Shown piece by piece: positions 46,796-55,284 of a DNA stretch of 64,000 nt. Below the pieces are notes generated by a model. That model saw nothing but the letters and a program-made list of their open reading frames with translations, did not search any database and was not told where the DNA came from. Every line of letters begins with the position of its first letter. Positions within the stretch are counted from its first letter, which is position 1. This DNA is from a virus. Position numbers and translations under genes: made by a program. The stretch covers positions 1 to 64,000 of IMG/VR virus record IMGVR_UViG_3300049845_000291; one strand, written 5' to 3'.

Positions 46796-49116
46796 GAATC
46801 TTTCCTTGGATCTGGGAACTGGAGCGACAGCCGTTGAGCCGCCTTAGATCGCTTACGCGGCACAATAACTCGGCCTCTTGCAACTGGTTTCCGAAGGATC
46901 TTTGACTCCCGGCTTGCGATGGCACTTGCTGTCGTAGAAACACCAGGAGTCGCTGCTGTTGAGGGTGCTGCAGGCGCGACAGCGGCGCCCTCATCTTCCG
47001 ACAGGCGACTGATTTCTTTGAGAAGCGACCCCTCAAAGACCATTGGATCGGTGGTTGCAGGACTTGTCATGAGCAGTGTAGGTTGCAGTGCACGGAATCG
47101 AGTAAAGAGGAATGATCGTGGAATGAACTGCAAGGCGTACATGTACAGCCTGTTGGAGGCCTTGATCTGTTCGTCTTGTGTAAGTTCTGGCCATCTAACC
47201 ATCCAATCAAGCAGGCTATTTAGCCGTTCACTGCGCAGCCCGGATAGATCAATAAGGCGCTGTAGCGTTTTCCGGTGATCTGCCCAGTCGATCTTGACCT
47301 GCTTGTCAAGTGAAAAGTCCATGTGCAGGAACTTCCACCAAGGCGCCGGGATGTGTCGCGTGACCTTGAACAGCTCGGCTTGCACTTGCTTCGTCATGTG
47401 TTTCTTGACGTCAGGACGGCTGTTCCGCCAGAACATGTACCCCCAGTGATTCAGCGGGCTCATGTCGGCTGACCAGCGCTTCAACATGTAGTTCTTGCGG
47501 TCGCGGAGCTTGCGTAGGGCTAGCTTGTCTTGAACATGGAACATGAACATCGTCATGAAGGCCATAGCGAAGTACCCATTGAACAGCTGGAAACTGTCCT
47601 TGCGATCAAAATCACTCAGGTCGATCTCACCAAAGCTCGCCCGACGGGTCTTGATCTTCTTGATCCTGGCTTCGAGCAGTGCCTCGTTTACCTTTTCATG
47701 TGCGGCCTTTGCGTGCACACCGTACAGCACCGCGAGCAGCTGGTCGAGCCGATCAGTTCCCTTGACCTTGTTAAACAACTCAGTTAGGTTCTTCTTGGTC
47801 TCGGCGAAGCTTGCGAGGGTCTTCTTGACCGTATCGTCAGACAGACCGAACTCACGACCGTCCTTGAGACGGAGCTTGTACTCCTCACGGGACTCTTTGA
47901 ACTCCTTGAGCTTCGCCCCAAGGTCCTTGTTCGCGTTCGAGATCAGAGCCAGGATTCTAAGCCGCAGACCTTGAAAGTCATCAAGATCGGGCATACCTTT
48001 CGCCATGTTCCGAATGGTGTCAGCTGGCGTTTCACCCTTGATGCTGGCCAGCAGCTTGCGTGCGTTTGCGCTCTTTGCCAGCTCACGGTTGCCAAGCGTG
48101 TCGGCGATCTTGATCTTCAGGTCACCAACCAGGCCACCACGCGCCTCAAGCCCAGCTTCAGGATCGGTGGTGTTTATTGGTCCTTGGAGCTCTGCTCGGA
48201 CTGCCTGGTTGAATCGATTCACGGCCGTGAACACGTCACGATCAACGATCTTGAGCTGGCTACCATCTTCAGCCCGAAGCACGATACCTTCAACCTCAAG
48301 GTTGTCACCGTTCTGGGCCCGCAGGGATTTGACGAGCTTGTTGATCAGCAGCTTCTTAATTGGCAGCTTATGCTCTTGGTGGAGTGCGGCTTGGAGCTCA
48401 GCACGAGCCTCTTTGGCCTTTGGGCGATCGTCCTTGGAGACTTGATTCAAATTCAGGGTGAGCAGCTCGTACTTGGTCTTGCCAGCTATCGCGCTTGGCT
48501 CCTTAAGGAACTTCTCAAGCTTCTGGATCGCTGCATCAAGGCCATCAACCTGAAGCTTTGATGGGTCAATTTCCTTGGGCTCAACGAACTCGAAGGTCGT
48601 GATCTCAGGGCGGAGCTTCAGGTTCTCGCCGTCGTCCGAGCTCACGGCGTTGAAGCGAGCATCAACACGATGTCCCTTCAATGACTTTGCTAGCGCGGCA
48701 GCGGTCTCATCTGACGTTCCTTCGACGCCACGCAGGATCGCAATCTGTGATCCGCCCGTGTTGTACGACACCGCGTTTGGTTGTTGACCGAACAACACCT
48801 CAACTTCCACGATGGAACCAGGCTGCAGGTGCTGCTTGATGATCTCCTGCTTTTGCTCCAGCGCCGAGTGCGCGGCTTTGAACTGGTTGTGCGCCGAGAC
48901 GTCTGGCCAGTTTACAACCTTGAACTTTCGTTCAGCGTTTGCGTGTTTACCTTCACGTGACGTGAAGAACCGACCTTCTTCGTCAACACCAACCCACAGA
49001 TTAGCGCCATCGAGCTTTTCTTGCGCTTTCATCCGAGGAAGCTCACGCAGGGCCTGAATGAACTCATCCAGGTCCAAGTCCTCGATATGCGTCACTGATT
49101 CCAAGAGTACTGGCAT
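46792..49116 (-). CDS. RNA-ligase-like covalent nucleotidyltransferase (DUF6267-like) with extra C-terminal domains
   Basis: Motif I EKLDG, Ia TSR, III EVEVLF, IV EGIVL, V LKIV; THIEDL N-terminus; TAAATA 5 nt upstream. Confidence 0.7.
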   Translation of the reverse strand: MPVLLESVTHIEDLDLDEFIQALRELPRMKAQEKLDGANLWVGVDEEGRFFTSREGKHANAERKFKVVNWPDVSAHNQFKAAHSALEQKQEIIKQHLQPGSIVEVEVLFGQQPNAVSYNTGGSQIAILRGVEGTSDETAAALAKSLKGHRVDARFNAVSSDDGENLKLRPEITTFEFVEPKEIDPSKLQVDGLDAAIQKLEKFLKEPSAIAGKTKYELLTLNLNQVSKDDRPKAKEARAELQAALHQEHKLPIKKLLINKLVKSLRAQNGDNLEVEGIVLRAEDGSQLKIVDRDVFTAVNRFNQAVRAELQGPINTTDPEAGLEARGGLVGDLKIKIADTLGNRELAKSANARKLLASIKGETPADTIRNMAKGMPDLDDFQGLRLRILALISNANKDLGAKLKEFKESREEYKLRLKDGREFGLSDDTVKKTLASFAETKKNLTELFNKVKGTDRLDQLLAVLYGVHAKAAHEKVNEALLEARIKKIKTRRASFGEIDLSDFDRKDSFQLFNGYFAMAFMTMFMFHVQDKLALRKLRDRKNYMLKRWSADMSPLNHWGYMFWRNSRPDVKKHMTKQVQAELFKVTRHIPAPWWKFLHMDFSLDKQVKIDWADHRKTLQRLIDLSGLRSERLNSLLDWMVRWPELTQDEQIKASNRLYMYALQFIPRSFLFTRFRALQPTLLMTSPATTDPMVFEGSLLKEISRLSEDEGAAVAPAAPSTAATPGVSTTASAIASRESKILRKPVARGRVIVPRKRSKAAQRLSLQFPDPRKDS

Positions 49117-49141
49117 GCCACTATTTAGGCCCGGATACCAA

Positions 49142-49164
49142 AGAAGGGGCCAATGGCCCCTTCT
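49142..49164 (-). terminator. Stem-loop terminator
   Basis: AGAAGGGGCC-aat-GGCCCCTTCT downstream of 49183. Confidence 0.65.
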
Positions 49165-49182
49165 GTTTCATCCACCTCGATC

Positions 49183-49431
49183 TCAGGCGGCAGCTTCAGC
49201 TTCAGCCGGCTTTTCGGCGGCCTGCTCCTCAAGCTCGCGCTTCACGGCCTCAGTGATCTGATTCGCCACCGATTGAACCGCCGCGTTGGACTTGATGACC
49301 TCGAGCTGAGCGGCCTGCAGGTCAGCTTGGAACTTGTTGTACACCGCGACAGCGGATTGAATGCCCTGGCTGAACTTCGACAGCTCGTGCTGAACACCGT
49401 CGATCGTGATGGTTGGGGTGCCTTGATCCAT
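49183..49431 (-). CDS. DUF6447-like small coiled-coil protein
   Basis: ITIDGVQHEL N-terminus plus coiled coil; AGGAG RBS; late promoter at 49475-49480. Confidence 0.55.
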   Translation of the reverse strand: MDQGTPTITIDGVQHELSKFSQGIQSAVAVYNKFQADLQAAQLEVIKSNAAVQSVANQITEAVKRELEEQAAEKPAEAEAAA

Positions 49432-49477
49432 GTTGGATGCTCCTATACGTATGGGTTGTGGTTGGTACCGCAGGTAT

Positions 49478-50836
49478 TTATCGTGGCCGGAGACCAATCA
49501 GCTCTTGAAGGCCGTCGCCACCATCTTTCTTTGGGACAACGGCTGATGGGCCGGACTTCAAGAGCTTCGGCCGAGTGTTCACCAACGGTAGATCGTCGGC
49601 GTCACTGATCCGCAAGCTTTCGGCATCCCAGCGCATCTCAAGCTTCTTGTTCACGGCGTTGCTGTTCCGTGACTTCAGGAACTCGAAACGGTACAGACCA
49701 GCCGCTTCCATGTCCTCGGTCTTGACCAAGGCGATCACTAGATCAGAGGTGTTGATCTTAGAGATGCCGCCCTGAATGTGCGCCTGATCAAGCGACTTCT
49801 GTTCACGGGTGGCCTCAATCGCCCCTCGGCCAAGCTGTGACGCGCTGATCATCAGGCAATCGAAGTCGAAACCGATCGCTCGAACCTCTTCGGTGACGAA
49901 CTTGTCCTTCGTGAACATGTTGTCGCCGCCGTGCTTCTGCACCGACGCCATCAGGTCGATGTAGTCCACGATCACGAAGTCTGGTCTGAAGCCGTGCACC
50001 GCCTCAAGCTCACGGAGGTACGAGATGATGTGGTCAGCGGTCGTCGTTCCCTCGCGCATGCGCTTGATGAACAATCGACCATAGCCCTTCTCACGGGCCA
50101 GCTCAACCTCCTGGCCAACCTTGAGCTTGTTCGCGAAGATGTTCTTGCCGCTGATTCGGCTGATCATCGAGTCTAGGCGCTTGGCCACCACTCGATCTCG
50201 CATCTCGAGAGAGATGTACACCCCGTGCAAGCCACGCTTCAGCAGGTTGTGCCCAAGGTTCAGCATGGCAACGGACTTGCCACCACCGGAGTTCGCCGTG
50301 AACAGCACCAGCTCTTGTCGGCCAACGCCACCACCAATCAGATCGTCTACGGTGCTCCATCCGGTCGGAATCAGGATCTCGGCCGCCTCGGCCTCGGCAA
50401 GTCGTCCAGCGGGGTCGGCAAAGTAATCGATGCCCAGATCAGAGTGCAGCGCGATCTGTGAGGCCAACTTGATCTCATTGACCATCTGGCCGAAGTTGCC
50501 CTTCTCAATGTGAGCTGGAGCGCGCAGCACGGCCTCAGTGACGGCACGAATCTGGCAGAACGAGGCAATCTGCTCGGCCAAGAACTGCAGGTCGCCACGC
50601 TGCAATGACGGCACCGCATCAAGCTTGAGCTTGGTCGCCGTATGGAAGATCTCCGGTGCTGGCACTGCCCGCTGATCGTGGAAGTACTCCTTCAGGAACT
50701 TTACGCCAGGTTGGAAGTTCGTGTCAAAGTACGAGGCCTTGAGCAGGTGCTGCACACGTGCAAATAGCTCTGGGTGGCTTAGCATGCTGGCCAGATATAG
50801 CCGCTGAGCCGCGTCGTCAATCAAGTGATCACTCAT
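49478..50836 (-). CDS. Replicative DNA helicase (DnaB/T4 gp41-like)
   Basis: Walker A ANSGGGKS, ISLEM, VIVDYIDLM, SASQLGR and KSRN. Confidence 0.93.
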   Translation of the reverse strand: MSDHLIDDAAQRLYLASMLSHPELFARVQHLLKASYFDTNFQPGVKFLKEYFHDQRAVPAPEIFHTATKLKLDAVPSLQRGDLQFLAEQIASFCQIRAVTEAVLRAPAHIEKGNFGQMVNEIKLASQIALHSDLGIDYFADPAGRLAEAEAAEILIPTGWSTVDDLIGGGVGRQELVLFTANSGGGKSVAMLNLGHNLLKRGLHGVYISLEMRDRVVAKRLDSMISRISGKNIFANKLKVGQEVELAREKGYGRLFIKRMREGTTTADHIISYLRELEAVHGFRPDFVIVDYIDLMASVQKHGGDNMFTKDKFVTEEVRAIGFDFDCLMISASQLGRGAIEATREQKSLDQAHIQGGISKINTSDLVIALVKTEDMEAAGLYRFEFLKSRNSNAVNKKLEMRWDAESLRISDADDLPLVNTRPKLLKSGPSAVVPKKDGGDGLQELIGLRPR

Positions 50837-51056
50837 CCTTGAGGCGCTCCGCTACTTCTTCAGCCACCTGAACGGTCTTGGTGCTGTGCTGCCAGATGGA
50901 CTCGATCTGATCAGCTCCCAGATGAATTGGGCGCGGGCCTTCAGCGTACCGCCAAGTGCAACCACTCTTGGAGTACGAGAATGAGTACACCCAAAACCTT
51001 TGTCGCTGCCCTGACTGGTACACGACCTCAATTTCAAAAAGTGGAACGTCAACCAT
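50829..51056 (-). CDS. Small hypothetical protein
   Basis: AGGAGG RBS; overlaps the helicase start. Confidence 0.6.
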   Translation of the reverse strand: MVDVPLFEIEVVYQSGQRQRFWVYSFSYSKSGCTWRYAEGPRPIHLGADQIESIWQHSTKTVQVAEEVAERLKDE

Positions 51057-51106
51057 TTTCACCTCCTGATCAATTGTAACGATCAGGAGATTTGGCGAAT
51101 CCCAAG

Positions 51107-52126
51107 TCAGTGACGACCGATCTTGGCAAGCTCTAGCTGGAGCTTGGATTGCAGCGAGATGCCTTCGGCGGTCTTGATTGGGCTTGGGCGCGTCCGGTTC
51201 TTCATCAACGTCCAGACGGTGTAAGGCAACCCGAAGAGCTGCACGCTCTTGTTGATGTCGCTGGCTCGAGGATCAACGAACGTGATCTCCCAGCCGTGTT
51301 TCAACGCGATCTCTCCAAGCAACCCACCATTTGAATCTCGATCAATGACCACGACTTTAGTGCGACGGCAGCGATCAAGCACCTCAAGCTTTGCATCGTT
51401 GATCTCAGAACCAAGCAGTGCGACGCCCCGCACAGGGGCCGCGTCGGTAATCCCTTCAGTCACGAACAGCGGCTGATCAAGATCCTGCCAAAGGTGATCG
51501 TACCCCCAGAGCACCGCCGCTCGAGGTGCTGTGCACGAGATGTACCGTGGTTTGGAGTCCTTCACCGTTCGTGCTTGCCAGAAGATGACCTTGCCTGCGC
51601 GCATGCAGGGGATGATCACGCGGTTCAGGAACTTAGGATCGGTGCTGAAGTGCGCGTTCAGTTCCAACGGATCAAGCCGACGACTGAACAGGTACTCGAT
51701 CAAGGGGATCTGCAAGTCCTCACGGAACTCACTGCCCAGCGGATATGAACTTGGTGGAAGGTCGACATCAGGTGTGAACAACGAGACCGGCGGCTTCAGG
51801 GTTTCAAGCGTGATCTCTTTAGGCTGGTTCGCCTTGTTGAAGAACGCGGTACCAACAAGCTCGTCGAGCTTTGCACCTGGAACCCCATGTGCCTCTAGGA
51901 TTCGTCGGGCGCTCTTTGAGATTGAGGTGCTGCCTTCCTCATGCAGGAACTTGGCCTTGCAGTTGAAGCAGTGAAAACCGACGGTTGAACCATCGAACTT
52001 GAACCCGGCACGCTCACTGTGGTCATTACAGACCTGACACCGAAGGGCGCGAAAGCCAGTAGCCGATTCGCGCCCTAGGTGAACGTGCTCTTCAACGAGC
52101 TCCCTAAGCGTCAGCGGTTTGACCAT
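51107..52126 (-). CDS. DNA primase (T4 gp61-like)
   Basis: CQVCND...HCFNC zinc finger; RVIIP, WQAR; TOPRIM VTEGITDA and DRD. Confidence 0.9.
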   Translation of the reverse strand: MVKPLTLRELVEEHVHLGRESATGFRALRCQVCNDHSERAGFKFDGSTVGFHCFNCKAKFLHEEGSTSISKSARRILEAHGVPGAKLDELVGTAFFNKANQPKEITLETLKPPVSLFTPDVDLPPSSYPLGSEFREDLQIPLIEYLFSRRLDPLELNAHFSTDPKFLNRVIIPCMRAGKVIFWQARTVKDSKPRYISCTAPRAAVLWGYDHLWQDLDQPLFVTEGITDAAPVRGVALLGSEINDAKLEVLDRCRRTKVVVIDRDSNGGLLGEIALKHGWEITFVDPRASDINKSVQLFGLPYTVWTLMKNRTRPSPIKTAEGISLQSKLQLELAKIGRH

Positions 52127-52355
52127 CTGGCCCTTGAATGTCGTACCGTCCGCCGCACTTGCCGCAGTAGAACCAGGTCCAACCAAACCCGTTGTCGTGG
52201 AACTTGCCACCGCTGTGACCTTCTTTGGCGCAGCGTTCACGGATCTCTTTCAAGGCTGGGTAGTACACGGTGCGGTCGTACTCGCCCATGGCGTGCTTCA
52301 TGAACTCGCGGCGTGCGGCCTCAACTCGGCCACGATCTTCCCAGACAGTGCTCAT
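52104..52355 (-). CDS. Small zinc-ribbon hypothetical protein
   Basis: C...GH...CGKCG; coupled ORF. Confidence 0.55.
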   Translation of the reverse strand: MSTVWEDRGRVEAARREFMKHAMGEYDRTVYYPALKEIRERCAKEGHSGGKFHDNGFGWTWFYCGKCGGRYDIQGPDGQTADA

Positions 52356-52489
52356 GAGGCGTACGACATGAAGAGCAACACCAGTGCCCCTGCAAGGTAT
52401 GGGCTTGGGTTGACGCTGAAGAACATCGCCCCGATCACGGCAATCAGGATCATCACCAGCCCACCGATCTTAAGGCGATCTTTGTTCAT
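52352..52489 (-). CDS. Small two-TM membrane protein
   Basis: Two hydrophobic stretches; ATG 7 nt after TACAAT. Confidence 0.5.
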   Translation of the reverse strand: MNKDRLKIGGLVMILIAVIGAMFFSVNPSPYLAGALVLLFMSYAS

Positions 52490-52556
52490 ACGCCTCATTG
52501 TAACGTCAGGCGACGACAGGGCACCTCGGCTCTTGGGCTGATGAGCCAAACACAAA

Positions 52557-52574
52557 GGGGACCCGAAGGTCCCC
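52557..52574 (-). terminator. Rho-independent terminator
   Basis: GGGGACC-TTCG-GGTCCCC followed by TTTGTGTTT on the - strand. Confidence 0.8.
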
Positions 52575-52597
52575 TGCGTTGTTCTGGTGTCACGAGC

Positions 52598-52849
52598 CTA
52601 GGTCTGTTGGCTACCTGCTCGCTTCTCCTTGTAGAATGCGATCGCCGCACGCATCAGCGGCTCGGTCACCGTGAGGTGCTCGGGCATGTGTGCACGCTGG
52701 TACAGCGCGTGCCACTGCGGCTTGCCCTTGAGCTTGATCTGCGCGACTTGCCAGAAGTCCTTGCCGTCCCTGGTCTCGTGACCCTGGCGTCGGCAGAACT
52801 CGAGGAAAGCCTCGAGGTCGTTCTTATGCAGCAGGCTTCTTGACGCCAC
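52598..52849 (-). CDS. Hypothetical phage protein
   Basis: GTG start after an AGGAG RBS; SRSLLHK..L..F motif. Confidence 0.55.
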   Translation of the reverse strand: MASRSLLHKNDLEAFLEFCRRQGHETRDGKDFWQVAQIKLKGKPQWHALYQRAHMPEHLTVTEPLMRAAIAFYKEKRAGSQQT

Positions 52850-53204
52850 GGGCTCTCCTGTTTCCGTCTGCCCAGCACTCACGCGCCCGTTGAAGGGTTC
52901 GGTCCAGCACGCCAGCTTCGGTGCCTGTGCGGTACACACGACTGGCCTTGAACAGGCAACCTGAGCGTCCGGTGCGGGGGTTGTTGAAGACCAGCAGGAC
53001 GCGAATCGCATCCGCACCGGCTGGCCGAACGTCGCCGCCGTTCAGCGGCAACGACGTGTAGATCTTGACGAACATCGTCGGGTCCAGGTCGTGCTGTCGC
53101 TGGTACACCAGCTCACCACGAGCCTCTGGATCCGGTTTGAACCCGGCCTGTTCCAGACGCGAGATGAAGCTCTCTCGGCTGACTTCGACGTAGCGTTCGC
53201 TCAT
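52824..53204 (-). CDS. Hypothetical early protein
   Basis: ATG 6 nt after TAGAAT. Confidence 0.6.
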   Translation of the reverse strand: MSERYVEVSRESFISRLEQAGFKPDPEARGELVYQRQHDLDPTMFVKIYTSLPLNGGDVRPAGADAIRVLLVFNNPRTGRSGCLFKASRVYRTGTEAGVLDRTLQRARECWADGNRRARGVKKPAA

Positions 53205-53210
53205 GTGGGC

Positions 53211-53257
53211 ATTCTACACCCCAAGTCAGATGAACCTGTAACGGTTACAACTAAATA
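53211..53257. promoter_or_regulatory. Divergent control region: - strand TAGAAT promoter, palindrome TGTAAC-G-GTTACA (53237-53249), + strand late TAAATA (53252-53257)
   Basis: Read directly. Confidence 0.55.
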
Positions 53258-53284
53258 GTCCAAATTCTCTCTTAGAGGCTCCAC

Positions 53285-53797
53285 ATGTCTAATCTTCTCG
53301 TATCCGTCATTGATGATCTCATCCACGATCGCCGTGAACAGGCTCAGGTTACCATCCATGACTATATCTTGGGCAGGATGCAACAGCTTGCTGGATTGAC
53401 AGAAGCCAAAATCAGCCCGATGAATTTCTCGGCTCTCAAGGGTGGTGAGACGCCTGATGAAAAAACAAAAGCTGCTTTGCAGAAGATGTGCGACGCTGCC
53501 GAGAAGAAGATGCTCAAGGATGTTGTTGCAAACCCAGACAACTTTGGCATCGACACGTACGAAACTTCCAAGGCTGAGATTCGTTCAGGAACAAATGTTT
53601 GGGCGCAGTTCGTGACGGTTTATGAGAACGGGTTCAAGATTGCCTTGAACGTTGACACCGATAACATCGGTGGAGACAGCACGAACCACGAGGAACAGTA
53701 CGCCGACGCCTCAGGCAAGATCGTTGCGGAGATGCCCGCATTTGGAAAATTGATCTGTTCCCTCGACGTGCAGAGCGATTTCATGCGTGATGACTGA
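53285..53797 (+). CDS. Late protein with a prohead-core-like leader (RMQQLAGLTE|A) fused to an unknown domain
   Basis: Lone + strand gene with its own TAAATA and a GAGG RBS. Confidence 0.6.
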   Translation: MSNLLVSVIDDLIHDRREQAQVTIHDYILGRMQQLAGLTEAKISPMNFSALKGGETPDEKTKAALQKMCDAAEKKMLKDVVANPDNFGIDTYETSKAEIRSGTNVWAQFVTVYENGFKIALNVDTDNIGGDSTNHEEQYADASGKIVAEMPAFGKLICSLDVQSDFMRDD

Positions 53798-53810
53798 CCT
53801 GGCAAGGTGA

Positions 53811-54062
53811 CTACACCGGCTTGAAGTCGAACGGATCGCCGCCCTGTTGCAGGAACTGCAGGAACTGTTGTCCCTCAGCGTACGTCAGTCGGGGCGGGAT
53901 GCAGGCGTACGCTTCGATGTGATGCACCGGAACCCACTGTCCGTCGTTCAGGTACTCGATGCGGTACCACAGCCGGTTTGTCACGAGACGAAAGCGATCA
54001 CCCAAGGTAGTACTCCAATCCGTAAGCTGACACCGGCCCGGCGTTGATGTACTTCCCATCAA
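53811..54062 (-). CDS. Hypothetical protein (start uncertain)
   Basis: ORF in a run of small - strand genes. Confidence 0.4.
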   Translation of the reverse strand: MMGSTSTPGRCQLTDWSTTLGDRFRLVTNRLWYRIEYLNDGQWVPVHHIEAYACIPPRLTYAEGQQFLQFLQQGGDPFDFKPV

Positions 54063-54267
54063 CGAGCTGCAGCAATCGCCAGACCTGATCGCGACCGCCG
54101 AAGTAGTACGCCGTCGCTTCCATCCAGGAACCGTGCTCGTTGCTGTACTTGCGCACCAGGTACTGGCGCACCTCTGGCGGTTCGTTGATTGCCGAGCGCC
54201 ACTTTCCAGGATCGAGCGATGGCCGCCAGATTGGGTTATTCAGGAAGCTCATCTGCGGCACAGTCAT
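53998..54267 (-). CDS. Hypothetical protein
   Basis: ORF in a run of small - strand genes. Confidence 0.5.
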   Translation of the reverse strand: MTVPQMSFLNNPIWRPSLDPGKWRSAINEPPEVRQYLVRKYSNEHGSWMEATAYYFGGRDQVWRLLQLVDGKYINAGPVSAYGLEYYLG

Positions 54268-54502
54268 CTGGGTTCATCTCGTACTCGTCGAAGTCCGTCG
54301 GGGAGTCCAACAGGTGATCGTTAGGATCTTCCCATGGCTCATTTAGCGTGACCTGGCCAGTCTCAACCAGCGCCATGATGGCGCGTTGGATCTCTTCTGG
54401 CGGCCAGGCGTAGAAGGCCCGCACACGCTCGGTCAGCTCCTCAAGGCTGCACAGCCCTTGGTTGGCCGCCTTGAGGACCAGATCTTCCAGTTCAGCGTCC
54501 AC
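54236..54502 (-). CDS. Hypothetical protein, possibly winged-helix
   Basis: EIQRAIMALVETGQV; acidic tail. Confidence 0.5.
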   Translation of the reverse strand: MDAELEDLVLKAANQGLCSLEELTERVRAFYAWPPEEIQRAIMALVETGQVTLNEPWEDPNDHLLDSPTDFDEYEMNPDDCAADELPE

Positions 54503-55148
54503 TTTGGTTCAGCTTCCAATGTGTGTTGATTCGGCGAACATGCTGCTCAACCCCAATCGCGTAATGATACGAGTCATCGACAGCCTTGACACCGCCGGGC
54601 CCGCGGTTGTACGCGTTCAACAGCTCACGGCCTTGGAAACCGTACTGGCGGGTCAACAACAGCAGGTACTTCGACGTGATCTCGATGTTGAATGCCGGAT
54701 TGAGGATCAGATTCGCCTTGAGCTCGTCGTCGGTCCGAGTCTGGAACTTGTACTTCTGCCAGAGCTCCGGCCAGCGGGCCAGCACATCACGCGCCGCACC
54801 AACCTTGATCTGACCAAGCCCGTAGTACTCGTCACCTCGGTTTCCAGCCACGCGGTATGAGTCCATGCCGCCGGCCTTGGACTCCTGCAGGATGACACCC
54901 TGCACCAGCTCAGGATGACGGTGACCGTCGGCCTTCGCTTGCAGATAGGCCTTGGTGAGCACTTGGTGCTGCTCTTTCGTCAGGCCACGCGGAACCACCA
55001 CGGCCGCCTGGTTTCCCATGCGCGGTCCGACGGGCTTTTCACCGATCACGGTGGTCCCAGTCGGTTGTGGCATCGTTTCGAACAGCTGTGCTGCTCCCAT
55101 CGCCAGCGCGCCTAGCACCGCCAGCATCCCGATCATCACCTTGGTCAT
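54492..55148 (-). CDS. Lytic transglycosylase (SLT domain) with an N-terminal signal/SAR-like helix
   Basis: LQES catalytic motif, GLGQI, NPAFNI...YL and AYNRG; AAGGAG RBS. Confidence 0.85.
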   Translation of the reverse strand: MTKVMIGMLAVLGALAMGAAQLFETMPQPTGTTVIGEKPVGPRMGNQAAVVVPRGLTKEQHQVLTKAYLQAKADGHRHPELVQGVILQESKAGGMDSYRVAGNRGDEYYGLGQIKVGAARDVLARWPELWQKYKFQTRTDDELKANLILNPAFNIEITSKYLLLLTRQYGFQGRELLNAYNRGPGGVKAVDDSYHYAIGVEQHVRRINTHWKLNQSGR

Positions 55149-55234
55149 GAAGCACTCCTTAGTACTGATGGCGGGTTCACCGCCAAGATTGGTCAGAGCT
55201 CGGTCCATTGTATCAACAAAGTTCACCTGAAAAC

Positions 55235-55262
55235 ACAAAGGGCCGCTCTCGCGGCCCTTTGT
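55235..55262 (-). terminator. Rho-independent terminator
   Basis: ACAAAGGGCCGC-tctc-GCGGCCCTTTGT with a U-rich tail on the - strand. Confidence 0.8.
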
Positions 55263-55284
55263 TCAGGACGATGAGCCTCAGATC

